Shown piece after piece: positions 12,363 through 25,562 of a DNA stretch of 64,000 nt (within the stretch, counting starts at the first letter, position 1; every line of letters starts with the position of its first letter). The DNA comes from Paecilomyces variotii. Taxonomy: Eukaryota. The stretch is from NCBI GenBank assembly GCA_004022145.1, contig RCNU01000001.1; one strand, 5' to 3'. Both the position numbers and the translations under genes were made by a program. The notes under the pieces are model-generated. The model made no database searches and had not been told where the DNA came from. It saw only the letters and a list, made by a program, of their open reading frames with translations.

Positions 12363-12749
12363 GGTGACCGGCGATACAAGTAAACGGGGGATTGAAACCT
12401 TTTTGACGTCCGTTTCGCAGTAATTTCATAAATTTTATTTGACCCTATCTACCACTGCAGAATAATCAGTCAACGGAACTGACTCTCCATCTCTGGGATT
12501 GATATCTGGTATTATAGAACATGTAGCTAGCTGTATTTCGGGCCATTGTGAAGCGAAGACAGAAGTACCTGAAGCCAATGGCGTCCACTGGACGTACGAA
12601 TGCATCAAATGATGGCGTCTATTAGTCCCTGATGATTAAATCCTCAGCATTAGATATATTGGCCATTGACTCGACTCGATTGGTGGAATCAAACCATGCT
12701 CTTCTAGTTTACACTCCCCTATGCAGGTCATTGGTTGCGTTTTGACCTC

Positions 12750-13008
12750 CCCCGCCGGAGGAGACCCCAGCTTTGCGGGGGAATATTGGGGAAGAATATC
12801 TGATGGCGGTCGGGGAAATAATACCATGAGAAAGCCAGTTAGACCATGGCGGCCACCCTGTTCGAGAATCACCGTGAAAGTGAGAGGTGTCTCTTGCACG
12901 TCCCAAATTTACCTGGTCGGGACTTATCTCCTTACTTAGTGGATGAGTTTCGGCCAGAATTGGGATATCCTCCATTAAACAACACTGGGGCATCCACAAC
13001 ATCTGGGG
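12750..13008. promoter_or_regulatory. Cluster of CreA/Mig1-type SYGGRG sites upstream of the sugar transporter
   Basis: CCCCGC 12750-12755, GCGGGG 12775-12780, CTGGGG 12985-12990 and 13003-13008, about 390-650 bp upstream of the ATG; a short motif, so chance occurrence is possible. Confidence 0.3.
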
Positions 13009-13834
13009 TTGGTTGGTTCCAGACCAGATGTAAATTATCCGGTGGTTGTTTCTTCGCGAATATATACCCCGAGAAACCCGGGGATCACATCTAGCAGCAG
13101 ACAGGGATCATAAGAAGAAAAAAATTTTAAGACAGAAAGAGTGAGAAGTCTCTGTTCTGTTCTATTAATACAATTTTACACTGGATGAGTTGTGCCTCGT
13201 ATGCCATAGCTATGTCCGTCTGTAGTGTTGCTGTTATCCTGGCAGATAGATAGGTACAGTACATATACAATATGGATCAGGTGGATATGCAAAGGTAGTT
13301 TTACATCCACTTCTTCTTAGTGCTTTTTCTTCTCATTTTCTTGGCTCGATATAAGAGTTAAAATTTACCATATCTCTGTTCTTTGGCGGCCTGGAGATAG
13401 AGGAAAAGAGTTAACTTGCGCGCGATTCAGTAGTAGTATACTTAAGAGAGATGGTGAACATTCCGTTTTTGTTTCCGTTTGTTCCGTCGTGGATTCGGAG
13501 GTCCGTCAAAAAAACTTGATTTTTTCTTTTCTTTTCCCTTTTTTTTTCTTTTTTAAATGTTAGGAATAATATACACTACTATATGGAAAGAATTATCTTC
13601 TGATTAAAAAGTAGAGATGTACAGGTTTTAGTATTATTGATTTTGATTTTGATTTTTTTTTTTTTTTGTTGTCTTCATCCCGCTCGTTATAAATTGCCTG
13701 TTGAAGAACCAACGAGAGAGAGAGGATGAAAGAAGAAGCCCGGACAAATGAAGGTTAGCGGAAAGTGACAGGATCCAGGGAATGTTGGAAAGCTTCCCGG
13801 CGTCCGCACCAGAAGCGGAAAGTCTATCAAAAAA

Positions 13835-13838
<4 letters not shown>

Positions 13839-13874
<36 letters not shown>
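13839..13874. repeat. (AG)18 microsatellite
   Basis: Directly visible perfect dinucleotide run. Confidence 0.97.
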
Positions 13875-13876
<2 letters not shown>

Positions 13877-15070
13877 AGAAGGGTCTGGGGGACGGACTAA
13901 CTATTTAATATTTTCCACTAATGCATCGGTCATGCCAGCCAGGAAACTAGAAAAAAAAAGGTAAAAATTTGAAAATCAAAAGAAAAAGAGAGAGAAAGGT
14001 CCAGATAGATAGATTCTCTAGTTGCAGGGCTGTATCTTGTCTTGACAGAGGACGAGCTCGACCTTTGACTGGCGCCCGGGTGGCTGATCCGTAGCGGCGG
14101 CGGCAGTGGGCAATAATATTAATGGGAGATGGCCAGGGGGGAGTTTGCGGATGATAGGAGCCATGTGGAAGACAGGTTTGTTTATACATACATACTACTC
14201 CAGACTGCATCATAGTTAATAATTTACTTGGTTAGTTAGTCAGTTGATTAGTTAGTAGTACTACTTCCTCGTGCATCTCATCCTCCGCTTCCCTGATCGA
14301 TAATATTAATCGATAAACTCTCCAGGGACGGTTGGATGAGATGAATGTGAGCCTGTCGCAGAGATGGTCCGGGTGCACTAACCACTGCACTATCCTGCGA
14401 GGGGGCATAGTTTACTGAGTTAATGCCCTGTTAGCGTCGACTATCGACTATCTCGACTAGTTGAACTGTTGAAGTGACTGTGATATCCGTTCTTGGCGAC
14501 CACTAAAAAACCACCGCCATCTGTTTCAGACCCTTTCCCCTCTCGTCACTACTGCTCCCCATCGATCTCTCTGCCAGGACTCTCGATCCAGTCGAAAGGC
14601 AATCAGGAAACAACATTTAGATAATACATTATTATTATTATATTGAAAAGTGCTCCAGATCTTTCTTGCTGGACTGTTGGGTGGGGAGTAACCGAGTCTA
14701 CCTAGTTGGTCTGGCCCAGGAACTGTTCATCAATTCTTTACTTTTAGTTCGTTCCCGTCGAGTCTGACACTCCGACCGGTCGGTCCGCCCTTCTCTCTCT
14801 CTCTCCCGACGACTCTCTTTTGCCCCAATCCTGCCCTTTCTCCTGCCCTTTGCTCTCCCTCCAAACCTCGTCCTGGTCGTTGTGCCAACTTCTGTCTCTC
14901 CCCTCCGTCTGTTTCCTCCTTCTCTCTCGCGACCCTGCTTCTCGATTCCACCCTCCGTGTCAGCTCGCTTCTATCGCCTGGCCAGCGACTCGATCCATCG
15001 ATCTCTCGACGTGGTCCTTGAGTGAGAGAGCAGAAGGGAAGGAGCAGGCCCGACAGGGCTGAGCAGCGCC

Positions 15071-17236
15071 ATGGCTGGGCGTGTACCATCGCGAGAACAG
15101 CGCGAGCGCTCTCGTTATCGTTCCTCCCAGTCGTCCACCGGGACTCAGGACCATCGGGACTCCCTCTCGCGTCGATCGCTGTCCACCCGTTTCTCGAATC
15201 CCAATGTCTTCTCCGACGAGTTCTCCCTCGATCCTCTCGATCCTCCCGACTCCGACCGGATCCACCGCAATCCCTCCATCTCCTCGCACGACTCCTCGAT
15301 CACCCTCCGCTCCAACAATTACGCGCCTCTACGCTCGAAGCCCTCGTTGACCACCGACGTTGCACCCCCGCCAGAAGTCAATCCCTTTGACGACAATGCC
15401 CGATCCTCCTTGGATGATGTTCCCCATCGATCCAGCCTCCCCCAGAAGGGTGGCATGACGGTGAACCGCAACTCGACAGCTACCGTGTCCTCCGGCGTCT
15501 CGACCCCGACAATTGCTAGACGCAGTCTCAGTACCTCTTCCCACTTCTCCATGCCTCGCGCTCAGAGCCCGTATACCGGGGCCACCGGGCCCAGCCACCC
15601 CTATGCGATGTATCCCCAGCTGGGTGTGAGTCGCTCCCCCAGTGTGACAACCGCGTCGACGGTACGAGGGGTAGATCGACCGTTGATTGGGGCCAATGCT
15701 CCCCAGCATCCCTATGCCATGTACCCGCAGAACATCTTGCCCGAGGAGGGCATGGACGCTGACATTCCCCCGGTCGGGTTTCCCGGCCATTCGCAGCCGT
15801 ATCAACGTCCACCGGGACGAGCAGATGACGATGTCGGTGATATAATCGGCCCCGATGGACATTTGGAACAGTTACCGCCGTATTCTCGTTATCCCGACGG
15901 AATCCCGCCCAAGATCGGTATGGGACCAGCCAGTATCGCCAGTGCCAATCGAGAACGAGACATGCACGATCATGATTGGGACCCGGCAGAGTTGGCAGTG
16001 TCGGGAGTGTCGTCGTCCAGAACGCTGCTGCCAGGTGAGCCAGCTGCTCGACCACCACCGCCGCCGCCGCCCCCGTCGCCTCCGCCTCCAGCTGCCGCAC
16101 AGAGCGAACCCCAAGTGGACAGTTTTGAGGAGAAAGTAAAGCGCAAGGGCACACAGAGGACGTGTTTTGGGGTCCCAATCTGGATGTTCGTTCTCATTGC
16201 GGCCGTTCTAATCATTGGAGCTGCGATTGGCGGTGTCATCGGTGGTGTACTGGGTGCCAGAAAGGGTGAGCAGAGCGGGGCAGCCAGTGCAAGTTCTTCT
16301 CTAAGCCTGAAGCCCGCTTCGGTGGTGACGGTGACGGCTACATCACAGATGGATGCGACTCCTCTGGCGACGGTCCCGGCCAACCTCTTACCGCTACCCA
16401 CTGGCAAGTTTCAGATTCCGGCCAGCGTGAAGAATCAGTCCAAGTTCTGCATGCCAAGCTCCTCTTTCTGGCCCACCTGGGGCTGCATGAGCCAGGGCTC
16501 TCTAGAAGTCGAGGTGGACGGCAAGGTCTCACAGTCGTCCATCACCTTCCAGGAAGAACCCATCAGCGGGACTTTCACGTACGGGGCTCAAGCGCCCGTA
16601 TTCTCTAACCCTGTCTTTCCTCTGCATCTGATGCTGGACAAGGAGGACACCCAGCTTGGTCCAGCCTTGTTCTTCAACACGCAATTCGATAAACTGGTCA
16701 TTGTCGACGAGAATACGTTTCCCACGCCGACTGCCGCCTCGAAGCGCTCCGTTGCTGGAGCCGAACTGTTGGCTGCCCAATGGTCTCGCAAGACGGTCGC
16801 GTCTGCGGGGGATAAGCCGTGGTTCTGCTGGTGGAATGGCACGGCCATGGAGTTCTTCATGTATCTCAACCAGACCACTCAGGATGCCGCCTCGGACGCT
16901 ACGTCGCTGGTTTCCACGCCCACAACAACAGCTTCCCCGACCAATTCCGGTAAAGCTAAGCTCAAGCGGGATTATGTCGGCGACTACCCGCGCAGAATCA
17001 AAATTGAAGAGAAGCGGGATAGCCCCAATGCACAGCAACCATACTGTGTACAGATGCAGGTGCTAGACGATGGAGAAGTTTCGGGCCCCATCAACCAATT
17101 CCAGATCGCGATCGACGAAGTTGAACCGGCACAGACGACGACAATAGCAGTTAAACGAGACGCCGCGGCGTCGTCAACATCATCAGCGCAAGGTTCTTAT
17201 CAGAGCACATGTTATTGCGAATCACTGACCGACTAA
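15071..17236 (+). CDS. Single-pass (probably type II) membrane protein of unknown function
   Basis: Intronless 721-aa ORF: disordered S/P/R-rich N-terminus, basic patch, one TM (IWMFVLIAAVLIIGAAIGGVIGGVLG), Cys/Trp-containing C-terminal domain (PWFCWWNGT, PYCVQMQVL, CYCE). Confidence 0.88.
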   Translation: MAGRVPSREQRERSRYRSSQSSTGTQDHRDSLSRRSLSTRFSNPNVFSDEFSLDPLDPPDSDRIHRNPSISSHDSSITLRSNNYAPLRSKPSLTTDVAPPPEVNPFDDNARSSLDDVPHRSSLPQKGGMTVNRNSTATVSSGVSTPTIARRSLSTSSHFSMPRAQSPYTGATGPSHPYAMYPQLGVSRSPSVTTASTVRGVDRPLIGANAPQHPYAMYPQNILPEEGMDADIPPVGFPGHSQPYQRPPGRADDDVGDIIGPDGHLEQLPPYSRYPDGIPPKIGMGPASIASANRERDMHDHDWDPAELAVSGVSSSRTLLPGEPAARPPPPPPPPSPPPPAAAQSEPQVDSFEEKVKRKGTQRTCFGVPIWMFVLIAAVLIIGAAIGGVIGGVLGARKGEQSGAASASSSLSLKPASVVTVTATSQMDATPLATVPANLLPLPTGKFQIPASVKNQSKFCMPSSSFWPTWGCMSQGSLEVEVDGKVSQSSITFQEEPISGTFTYGAQAPVFSNPVFPLHLMLDKEDTQLGPALFFNTQFDKLVIVDENTFPTPTAASKRSVAGAELLAAQWSRKTVASAGDKPWFCWWNGTAMEFFMYLNQTTQDAASDATSLVSTPTTTASPTNSGKAKLKRDYVGDYPRRIKIEEKRDSPNAQQPYCVQMQVLDDGEVSGPINQFQIAIDEVEPAQTTTIAVKRDAAASSTSSAQGSYQSTCYCESLTD

Positions 17237-18347
17237 GTCTGCGATTTGATCTGGATTTACGACACTTGTTTCCAATTAGGGCATCGGCGTTTTTTTGAGG
17301 GTCCAAGGATCTCGTCTATCATGTGGATATGACTGCTTTTTTCTTCGTTGGCATCTGTTCTCTGTCTATACCACCAGCAAGCGCGTTCAGCTCTACGCGT
17401 CTTTGATTCTGTTGTCTTTCTGATCTTACAGGAGCTATTTATCTTGCAGATGGATTTTTTTCTCTCTTGAATCGTCTTCTGCTACCTTGTGTATATATTG
17501 CCATGGCGAATATTCGGCGTTGTTATGGGAGAAAGGGGACCGTGGCATTATAACTAAATGTTGGCTTTGTTTTGTTCTTTTTTTTTTGGCCAGACAGACG
17601 CATCCCGGTCTGCCTTGGGAATGACATTGGCCCAATGATTCCAGGAACGAAGATCTGAGAGATCAATATTCTTTTACGTTGCACTAGTACTTGGAAAAGC
17701 ATTTAGGGAGTATAATTTATTGGATCATTTCATCTTCACGAGAAATCTTCCGTTCATACGACAGCCCAGTTATTAATATTATTCTCCGCGTCCATGATCG
17801 CATTTTCCGTCCGACTGAGGAACGATTGGCAGAGACTCGAAAAGATCGTCAGGCATCTTTGCTTTTGCATCACGGCTTGCTCTCCCGAGTGATCGCGCAA
17901 AACAGTGACTTCCCGATGACCGGCTTCAACGTCATCGTACCCTACCAACGAACCTGACCAACGCCACCAGAACTGGGCAATGAAGTTGAAGTACTCAAGC
18001 ATATCGCGGACCCTCTAATGACGAGTTCTTATTAAGGAAGAGTAGTTAAATTCGAAGTATCGCCATTGAACCATTCTTCGTACTTGACATCCATTTGATC
18101 AATCAATACATTTTCCATTAATTGATATCCGTCAAATACGCGACCATCTTTGAATAAGTATATAACTCTCACAAAGAAGGAGAGCATCTTTGGAAATCCA
18201 TACATACTGGGAATCTCCCGCATTTGCCACATCTCCCTCCGGACGCAATTCCGATCCCATACATATATACTACGAGCGAGGAGGGACCGTCACGCTCTCT
18301 CCTTTTCTTTCCCTTCTGAATCCTCTTTCTACACGGAATCAAACATA

Positions 18348-19030
18348 ATGAACCCTTTCCTCCGCACCGGCCCAGCTACCAGGGCTGCTAGCTCGACGAC
18401 GAAGCTAGTCTCGAACCTCTTCCGAACTGCTGTCCCGCTGCCCTCGCGGAGATCGTATTCTCATGAAGCCTATGGCGGGGGTGACGAGCCACGAGGCCCG
18501 ACGAAAACTGGCCAGGATCCGAGTCCGACGAGAAACTTGGAGCATCCGGGTATGTCGGTCATCTTAATATAATATACAAACTCGAGAAAGAAAAAAAAAA
18601 GAAAGGAAAGACTAACTAACTAAAACCCCCAGGCCCACCACCACCCAACGTCTCCAAATCCACTTCTAGCAACACCAACAACACAGGATCCCCCTCCCCC
18701 TCTACACAACCACGCCAGAAAACCAATGAATCCCAACCCGGCTCCGCACCCTCTCCCGAATCCGCCTCTTCTCAAAAACCCTCCCGCGAACCCGGCACCT
18801 CGACATCATCCACGGCCCCGCCCATCCCCTCCAACAAAGCCCATCCGACACTGAACGACGGCAAGCAATCGCCCAACGTCGACGAGAGAGGCGAACTCAA
18901 GCCTGATGTTCCCGATGATGTGAAGAAGCATAATCAGGAGATGGATCAGAGGTATGATAAGTCTTATAATAGGATTGGGGATGGGGGGAAGGTGGAAAAG
19001 GGGTTTTGGAAGGAGGAGAGGCCGGAGTAG
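18348..19030 (+). CDS. Hypothetical protein, possible mitochondrial presequence (2 exons)
   Basis: ATG 18348, R/S/T-rich N-terminus without acidic residues ending RRSYS; intron 18550-18632 (GTATGT..CTAAC..CAG) gives EHPG-PPPPN...DVKKHNQEMDQRYD...VEKGFWK, stop 19030. Confidence 0.75.
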
Positions 19031-19141
19031 TGTATCAGTATTATTAGTACCAGTACTAAAGGTTTTTTTTTAATCCAATCTCTTGAAGGGTGGTATTGGG
19101 TTTCGTTTTCTGTTTTTGTTAGAATGTATATGGTACATACT

Positions 19142-19270
19142 CTAGTTACTAGTTACTAGTTACTGGTTATAACTTACATTACGTTAATATGGTGTTGTGT
19201 TGTGCATACAGAATGTAGACTAAAGACGGCGTGGGCTTGGGATTAAGCTATTCTTCTTCTTCTTCTTCTT
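19142..19270. repeat. Short tandem repeats: (CTAGTTA)x3 plus one imperfect copy (19142-19169) and (TTC)6 (19251-19270)
   Basis: Directly visible in AT-rich intergenic DNA. Confidence 0.85.
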
Positions 19271-19695
19271 ATCTAAATCAACTGGTTTAGAACTAGTTGG
19301 AGTATTTATATTATATTTAACTGAATAATTCGATAAAATGCATATGCTCCGCGGACTGGGTTTAAACAGTCATGACGTCATAAGCAGATATACTTCCTGT
19401 TCTCCCGATTCGGGTCCACTGGTGGATCCGCTATCTATGGTATAGTTATCGTTCTATCTGTACTTTTAGGTAGTATTGGTATCTATCTATTGGTACGAGC
19501 ACGAAGAAAATGGGGATATGGGCTGATATCCAGCTTGGGTTGTTGGGTGAATTACTCGTGTACTGTAACTGGGTATGATTTTGGCGGTGGTATACTATAC
19601 TAGTGCTGTAGAAGAAGATTGCCTGGTACAAGGTATAATCTATACTAAGTGATATTGTTCCTGATTTTTCTTGATGGGTATCCAAAAAGATACTA

Positions 19696-20745
19696 TTATG
19701 GGGATTCCAACAGTGGTGTTTCTTCTGAGGGTTCTGTTCCATGGTTGTGTGTACCGTCCGCAGCATCGGTCTGGGTTTGCTCTCCGTCATCTCGAGTCTC
19801 CTTGGGGGAGATGTACTCAAAGTACATTGCCATGAACAGCAACGAGCCCTGCAGCAGCGCTGTCACGATGTATAATCCCCACGTGCTCCAGCCGTCCATT
19901 CCATATCTGGCTGCAAGACTCGCCGCCCACACGAAGCTTCCAGGTGTCTGGATGCACATCATCGGTATACTGAGACTTCCCACGTGTCGCAGGCGGAGAG
20001 TCGTATAGATCTGGGGGAAGTATTGGAGGGAAGCGAGAATAGCGGCCAAGATGCCCATGATGTCGGCCCATGCTTGGAGGGCGGATGGTCGCGTGAATGA
20101 GAGTACGACCGAGACTATCGCAACAACGATGGCATGGTAGATACAGATAAATGTCACGATCTGGGCGGTGCGGTACGTCGGTTCTGCATTGAGCCGTGAG
20201 GTTTTTCCACGGCGTGTCGGTTCTCTCTGGTCCGTCGCGGCGGAATGAGTCGGTGAGGTTGCGGAGGTAGCGCGCGGGAAGTAGACTACAAATAAAACAA
20301 GGCTTCATTCAGACAGTTAGCAATATGGGAGGTGTCCAGCGGTCTGCACGAGTGTCAATTTCTTACATGATGAAGAAACAGAGCCATTGGGCTCCAGCCT
20401 GGAAGATCCCCAACAGACCGGCGAAGCAGGCTATCCCACTAATTGCCTTGCAACAGGCTACATCCTGTGAACTCAATGGCAGTACCAGGATGTTGGCAAA
20501 CGCAAACGTCCCTGAAGTCGTACCCAGAAGGACAAAGTAGGGTGAGATGCCAAAGGAGCTCCGCAGCGAGATGATACGGTAGTGCTGCGGAAGGTAGGAG
20601 ACCAGGATCCCGACCAGGATCACCCTAGCAGCTGTCAGTCGATGCCATCTGAGCCATATGGGGTGGTGTCGCCGTACACAGAGATGGTGAAGTTGGTATA
20701 GCTGGGTGATGCCAGCTCCGCGCAACGCGACGGGAGCGGATCCAT
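19696..20745 (-). CDS. PQ-loop repeat membrane transporter (3 exons)
   Basis: Two PQ motifs (SYLPQH, QYFPQIY), GSLSIPMMCIQTPG, multiple TMs, C-terminal acidic dileucine EETPLL (vacuolar sorting type); ATG 20745 (MDPLPSRC). Confidence 0.9.
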
Positions 20746-21737
20746 CTTGGAAGGCAAAAGGACAACGGATAATCACCGACTATGCTCCGCTTGTCATCGA
20801 TTGCCTGGACGCGTCTAGGTTTCGATGGTCCAAGCTAACCTGGAGCTGCTGGGATGCAGCTTGAGGAGGTTGATGGCGGTCTCCAATCCGCTGATCTTAT
20901 CTGGAGTCGCGGTCTCGTGATCTCGCTACTCTACTTTGGTCGCGTCTGACAACGCATTGCCAGTTCAACCGAGGTGACAAGTCGGTCTGGCGGACTTGGG
21001 AAGACGATAGACACAATAAAGGCCCAGCGAGGACCTGCACCTCCAATACAGCTAGAAAGTAGCGTTTCCTGCCAACTCTCGAGGGTCTACGGGCCATGAT
21101 ATGGTAGTCTAATACTATATTGTGGCTGGAACGCTCAGCGGGCTATGGGGCGCCAAGTCCCGGGGCGTGGCTTAAGCGCCCTACTATGATCTAAGATCCT
21201 ACCATGAGATCCTCAGTGCTTGCTGGAACTACATAGCTGATATGACGCCAATGATATGGGATGACAGGCGATTTCCGTTGAAAATGAAGATCCCCTGGGT
21301 ATTCTGGGGAATTCTGGCCGAGCCAAGACTGCTCAGCCGTCCAGCTCCGGGAAAAGGCTGAGATGTCGTTTGGCATGATCTGAATCTTGCTTGTTCTCTG
21401 GTCTTGTCTTGTCTGGTCTGGTCTTGATGCGCCGATGAAAGCAGCAGGCCGAATACGTCACCCGGCATCATCACCATCAGACCCGTATATTGACACTTCT
21501 GGCTCCCACTTGAGCTTCACCACGCTATTCAACTGAGACAACAGGTCTTTTTCTTTTCCCTTTTACTTTCCATTTCTCGGATCGTCTCTCTTGGTAAGTC
21601 TGAGCATTCCCCGCTGAAACCTCTAATAAAATCACCCCTTGTTTCGATCTAGACTGACCCCCCATCTCTCTTTCTCTCACCACAGCTCAAACGGTATCCT
21701 GTCTTCAGAGCTCTAGGACACGACGAGGACACCAAAA

Positions 21738-23578
21738 ATGAAGCTAAACTGGGCCACGGGCCTCGTGTTTGTGCTCGCGACCGCTGAGGCGGTTGGAGCG
21801 AGCAACTGGTTCAGCAAAGCTGGTAAGTCCTTGACGGTAGTAGCTCCGGGCGCGAACTCGTCTGAAGCGGGAGCTCCTGTCGCAGCTTGCATGGATATCC
21901 TGGCTGACACAAGTTACAGCATACAACAAATGGCACGAGACAGAATTGGAACGATGGCTCTCGGATCACGGTATGCTTGAAATCGTTAATGAACAGTTGA
22001 TAGATACGAACTAACCATGCGTAGACATCCCCTACCCGACTCCTGCGGACCGCAGGGATCTCGAGAACTTGGTCAAGTCCAATTGGGAATCCAAGGTTCA
22101 GATCCCTCTTGCACAGGCCTCGGCTCACACCGGATACCACGCTCACAACGTGAAGGAATGGATCTTTGACACGTACGACTGCCGCCCTCTCTGCTCAGAA
22201 GAGTCGCGATGCTAACTATATCGCAGCTGGTCGGACTCACAACTGAAAGCGTTCCTGGACCGTCATGGAATCCCTGCTCCCCAGCCGCGGACTCGTGATG
22301 TTCTGATCAAAACGGCCCGTGAGAACTACGAGAAAATTGCGAAGAAGCTTGGTGAGACCGCCGCGTATCCGGGTAACTGGCTGTACGAACACTGGAGCGA
22401 GTCCGAACTCAAAGAATGGCTGGATGAGCGAGGATGGCCGGTTCCTCAGCCCACCACTCGTGACAAGCTGATTGCCTCGGTCCGTCGCAACTCGCGCCTG
22501 GCAAGTCAGCAGGCGAAGAGCATTGCCTCATCAGCTTCTGCTTCAGCCGAAGCCGCTCAGGCTACCTTGAGTGATGCTCTTTTCAACGCTTGGTCCGACT
22601 CTGACTTGAAGAAGTTCCTGGATGAGCACGGTGTCAAGGTTCCACAGGGCTCTAAGCGCAATGAGCTGATTGCCCTTGCCCGCAAGCACCGCGCTTCGCT
22701 GGTTAGCCAGGCATCTACTGCTTCCGCGACGGCTTCGTCCTCTGTTGCGAGCGTGATTGGTGCCGCCACGTCCAAGGCTGGAAACGAGTATGCTAGAGCA
22801 ACTGAGGATGCCAAATTGAAGGCGGAAGACGCTTTCGACTCGGCTATCAAGACCTGGTCTGACTCCCGTCTGAAGGCTTACCTGGATGCTCGAGGTGTCC
22901 CGGTTCCTCAGCGCGGCAAGCGGGACGAGCTCCTGGCTCAGGTGAGACTGCACAAGCACAAGGCTTCCACTGGCTACAATGCCTGGACCTTCGACACTTG
23001 GACTACGGATAACTTGAAGTAGGTACTCTTTTGGTTCGTTTTATTGCGCAGATTACTAACTCGCTGCCAGGAAATACCTGTCTTCAGTGAACAAGAAAGC
23101 CGCTGACCGTGCCGGCGTCACCCGTGATGAGCTCGTGAAGCAGGCGCAGGAGGCTTACGCCAGTGCTTCCAAAACCGGAGGTGATAGCTATGCCTCTGCA
23201 ACCTCGTATCTCGCTCAAGCCACCGATGCGATCAAGGACACCACTTTCGACACTTGGTCCCGCTCAGAGCTCAAGGCCTACCTTGACTCTTATGGCATCC
23301 CAACCTACCAGGGCGCCAGCACAAACGAACTGCGCGCCGCTGCTAGACGTAATGCCCAGTACTTCCGGTACGGAACTAGCTCCCCGCAGGGGACGATCTA
23401 TGCCAGACTCCGTGAGACCGGCCAGTGGATCTTGGACCAGCTGAAGATTGGCGCTTCGAGCGGAAGAGCACAGGGTCAGGAAGCTGCTGAGAAAGCTGCT
23501 GAGAACGTGAAGGAGAAGGTCTCTGAGGCCAAGGACAAGGCTTATGAAGCCAGCGAGAAGGCGCATTCGGAACTCTAA
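21738..23578 (+). CDS. Ish1/Msc1-family stress-responsive nuclear-envelope protein, multi-exon
   Basis: Signal peptide plus repeated W-S-(D/E)-S-x-L-K-x-(F/W/Y)-L-D-x-x-G units (WSDSQLKAFLDRHG, WSESELKEWLDERG, WSDSDLKKFLDEHG, WSDSRLKAYLDARG, WSRSELKAYLDSYG); probable 5'UTR intron ~21594-21684. Confidence 0.9.
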
Positions 23579-23946
23579 ACGTCTGCAAGACTATAGGTGA
23601 TGGTGATACTACTCATTCAGAGGATGATATCCGGTGGTTGTGGTGGTTGATAAAATAGGGGATGGCAAGACGTGCTTGCCTTGTGATGATGACTACGATA
23701 TTTCATGCTAATTTTGTCTTGGAGTGTTCCATCACGACCAAGTACCATCGCCTGTTATTCTGTTTCAACCTGTTTTCCTGTTAACTGTATCAAAAACTGA
23801 GAGATTTGATAATGCGCATTTCAAGGGACGTGAATCGTAAATTTGAGGTAGAAACAAAATATGAGATTCGAGAGCCCAAGCTACAGCCTCGCGGCCCTGG
23901 CCAATTGCTCAGCCCAATTCTGCATTGACTCCGAAGATTTTCGCAA

Positions 23947-24686
23947 TCAAGAAGAGGGCGCTTCGGGATCACCCTCAGCAACCAGCTTGCCGACCACAAG
24001 GTACTTCTCAAGGAACCGCTCCTCCCAACTACGCAGATTCTCGAGCTGCTCCTCATTCAGGTCCGCAAGGTCATCCAAGGGTCCCTTCAGATCCTGGGTG
24101 AGCATCTCCTCATCAAAGCTCTGGCAGGCCAGTCCACGAGAGGCATCACGTCCAGCAAAGTTCTCGTACGGGCCACCCTACATGCATCATCGGTGTCTTG
24201 TCAGCAATTTTTGTGGTTCCCTCTCCAGTAACTAACGGGACAGTGCCAGAGGGGTGATTTCCCATACCGGTCCGTAGAAGTTTTTTCCGGGTGTCACGTC
24301 AAACACGCGGCCTCGCACAGCTAGATATACTGGCGCGCCATCTACACCATTGAAAGGTAGCAGCGTAGAGGGAGTGAAGGTGCGGAAAACAACGGGAGGT
24401 GGGCCTTTGGGTAGCGTCACTTGGGACTTGGGGCGGAAGTGATAGTAGAGAACAAGGATGAAGAGGGAGAGGAGGACCAGGTTAATTGGCGAAGCTATAG
24501 ACATGCTGTTGTATATTGGTTCGATGTCAGTTTCGAGAGCCTCGTGATGGTGGTATAGTATGTTATCGGCTGATGGACACTTACGCTTCCGCTGGAGGTG
24601 GTGGGACTTGCTCTTCTGGATATATCCTGTCAGTATAGACGAGGCAAATAGCTGTATATATCATCCAAGTTCTCACCTGTGGCCAT
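23947..24686 (-). CDS. DAP1: Cytochrome b5-like heme/steroid-binding protein (MAPR family, Dap1/PGRMC1-like; 4 exons)
   Basis: N-terminal TM, [53 protein letters not shown]; two short upstream exons give MATEEQVPPPPAEAMSIAS. Confidence 0.9.
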
Positions 24687-25562
24687 TTCGAATGCTGTTG
24701 GACCTAGCTGAACAGTTCAGCTGTGGTTGTAGGTGAGATATCTGGAAAGCAATAATAAGCTACTGCTGCGGAGGTCAGCTTATGCTCCCCGCCATTGGAC
24801 GTCTGGACTCTGATCAGGAACCACGTGATGCGGTCAAGCAAGAGCCATCGTTTCTGCCATACTTTTAGGGCCGCAATCTGAAACGGTCCGGCGTCAATCT
24901 AGTTAATCAATAATGATGGAGGGATCTCCCTGGAGGCTGTGCTCCCCGAGATGAATATCAGCCCAGCTTGCGGTCTTTGCGCATTATGCGCTGGTCTGTG
25001 ACCAGTTAATATCCCCTCCATTCTCTTTCCAGCTGGTTGATCTTGTTCTCTCCTTTCGACGACTAGATATTCTGTCTGTATCTTGCAGTGGGTTGCAGTC
25101 AGTCGTCGTCGAGCAACCAACTAATTAACTATCTTAGTCCTGTTGTCATAGCGATAACTAACGCGACCCTCCTTCGCTTGTCATCTTGTTGCTGGCGCCC
25201 TCCTGAAATGAGCTGACACCCTTGTCATTTTAACTGCCTGCAGTCGATTAATTAGCAGTCACTGTTTTTCATGAGCTTCTCTCTCTTCGTTCCCCTGCTT
25301 CGCAGCATAATGAATAATTGACCCCTACAGAATCTTGCAGTCTTGCTTTTTATTTTATTTTGGGGTACGTGATATACAGTTATACTCTAGTCCTTGCTCT
25401 TGTAATTTCCCTTGTATCTATTGTCCGTTTGCAAGCCTGGACTGTTTTTTTTTATCTCTTCTCGACCACGAGGTTGCTTATCGCCCCCTTTCTCTCCAGG
25501 ACGCGACCATAGTTATTATTACAGATTAACACCAAACCCACACGTTGTTTTCATAGCGCATC

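Noticed and set aside
17754-18232. Two short minus-strand ORFs (66 and 82 aa) that look vaguely protein-like
   Set aside because: No recognisable motif and no convincing splice joining them; could be a relic but is unsupported
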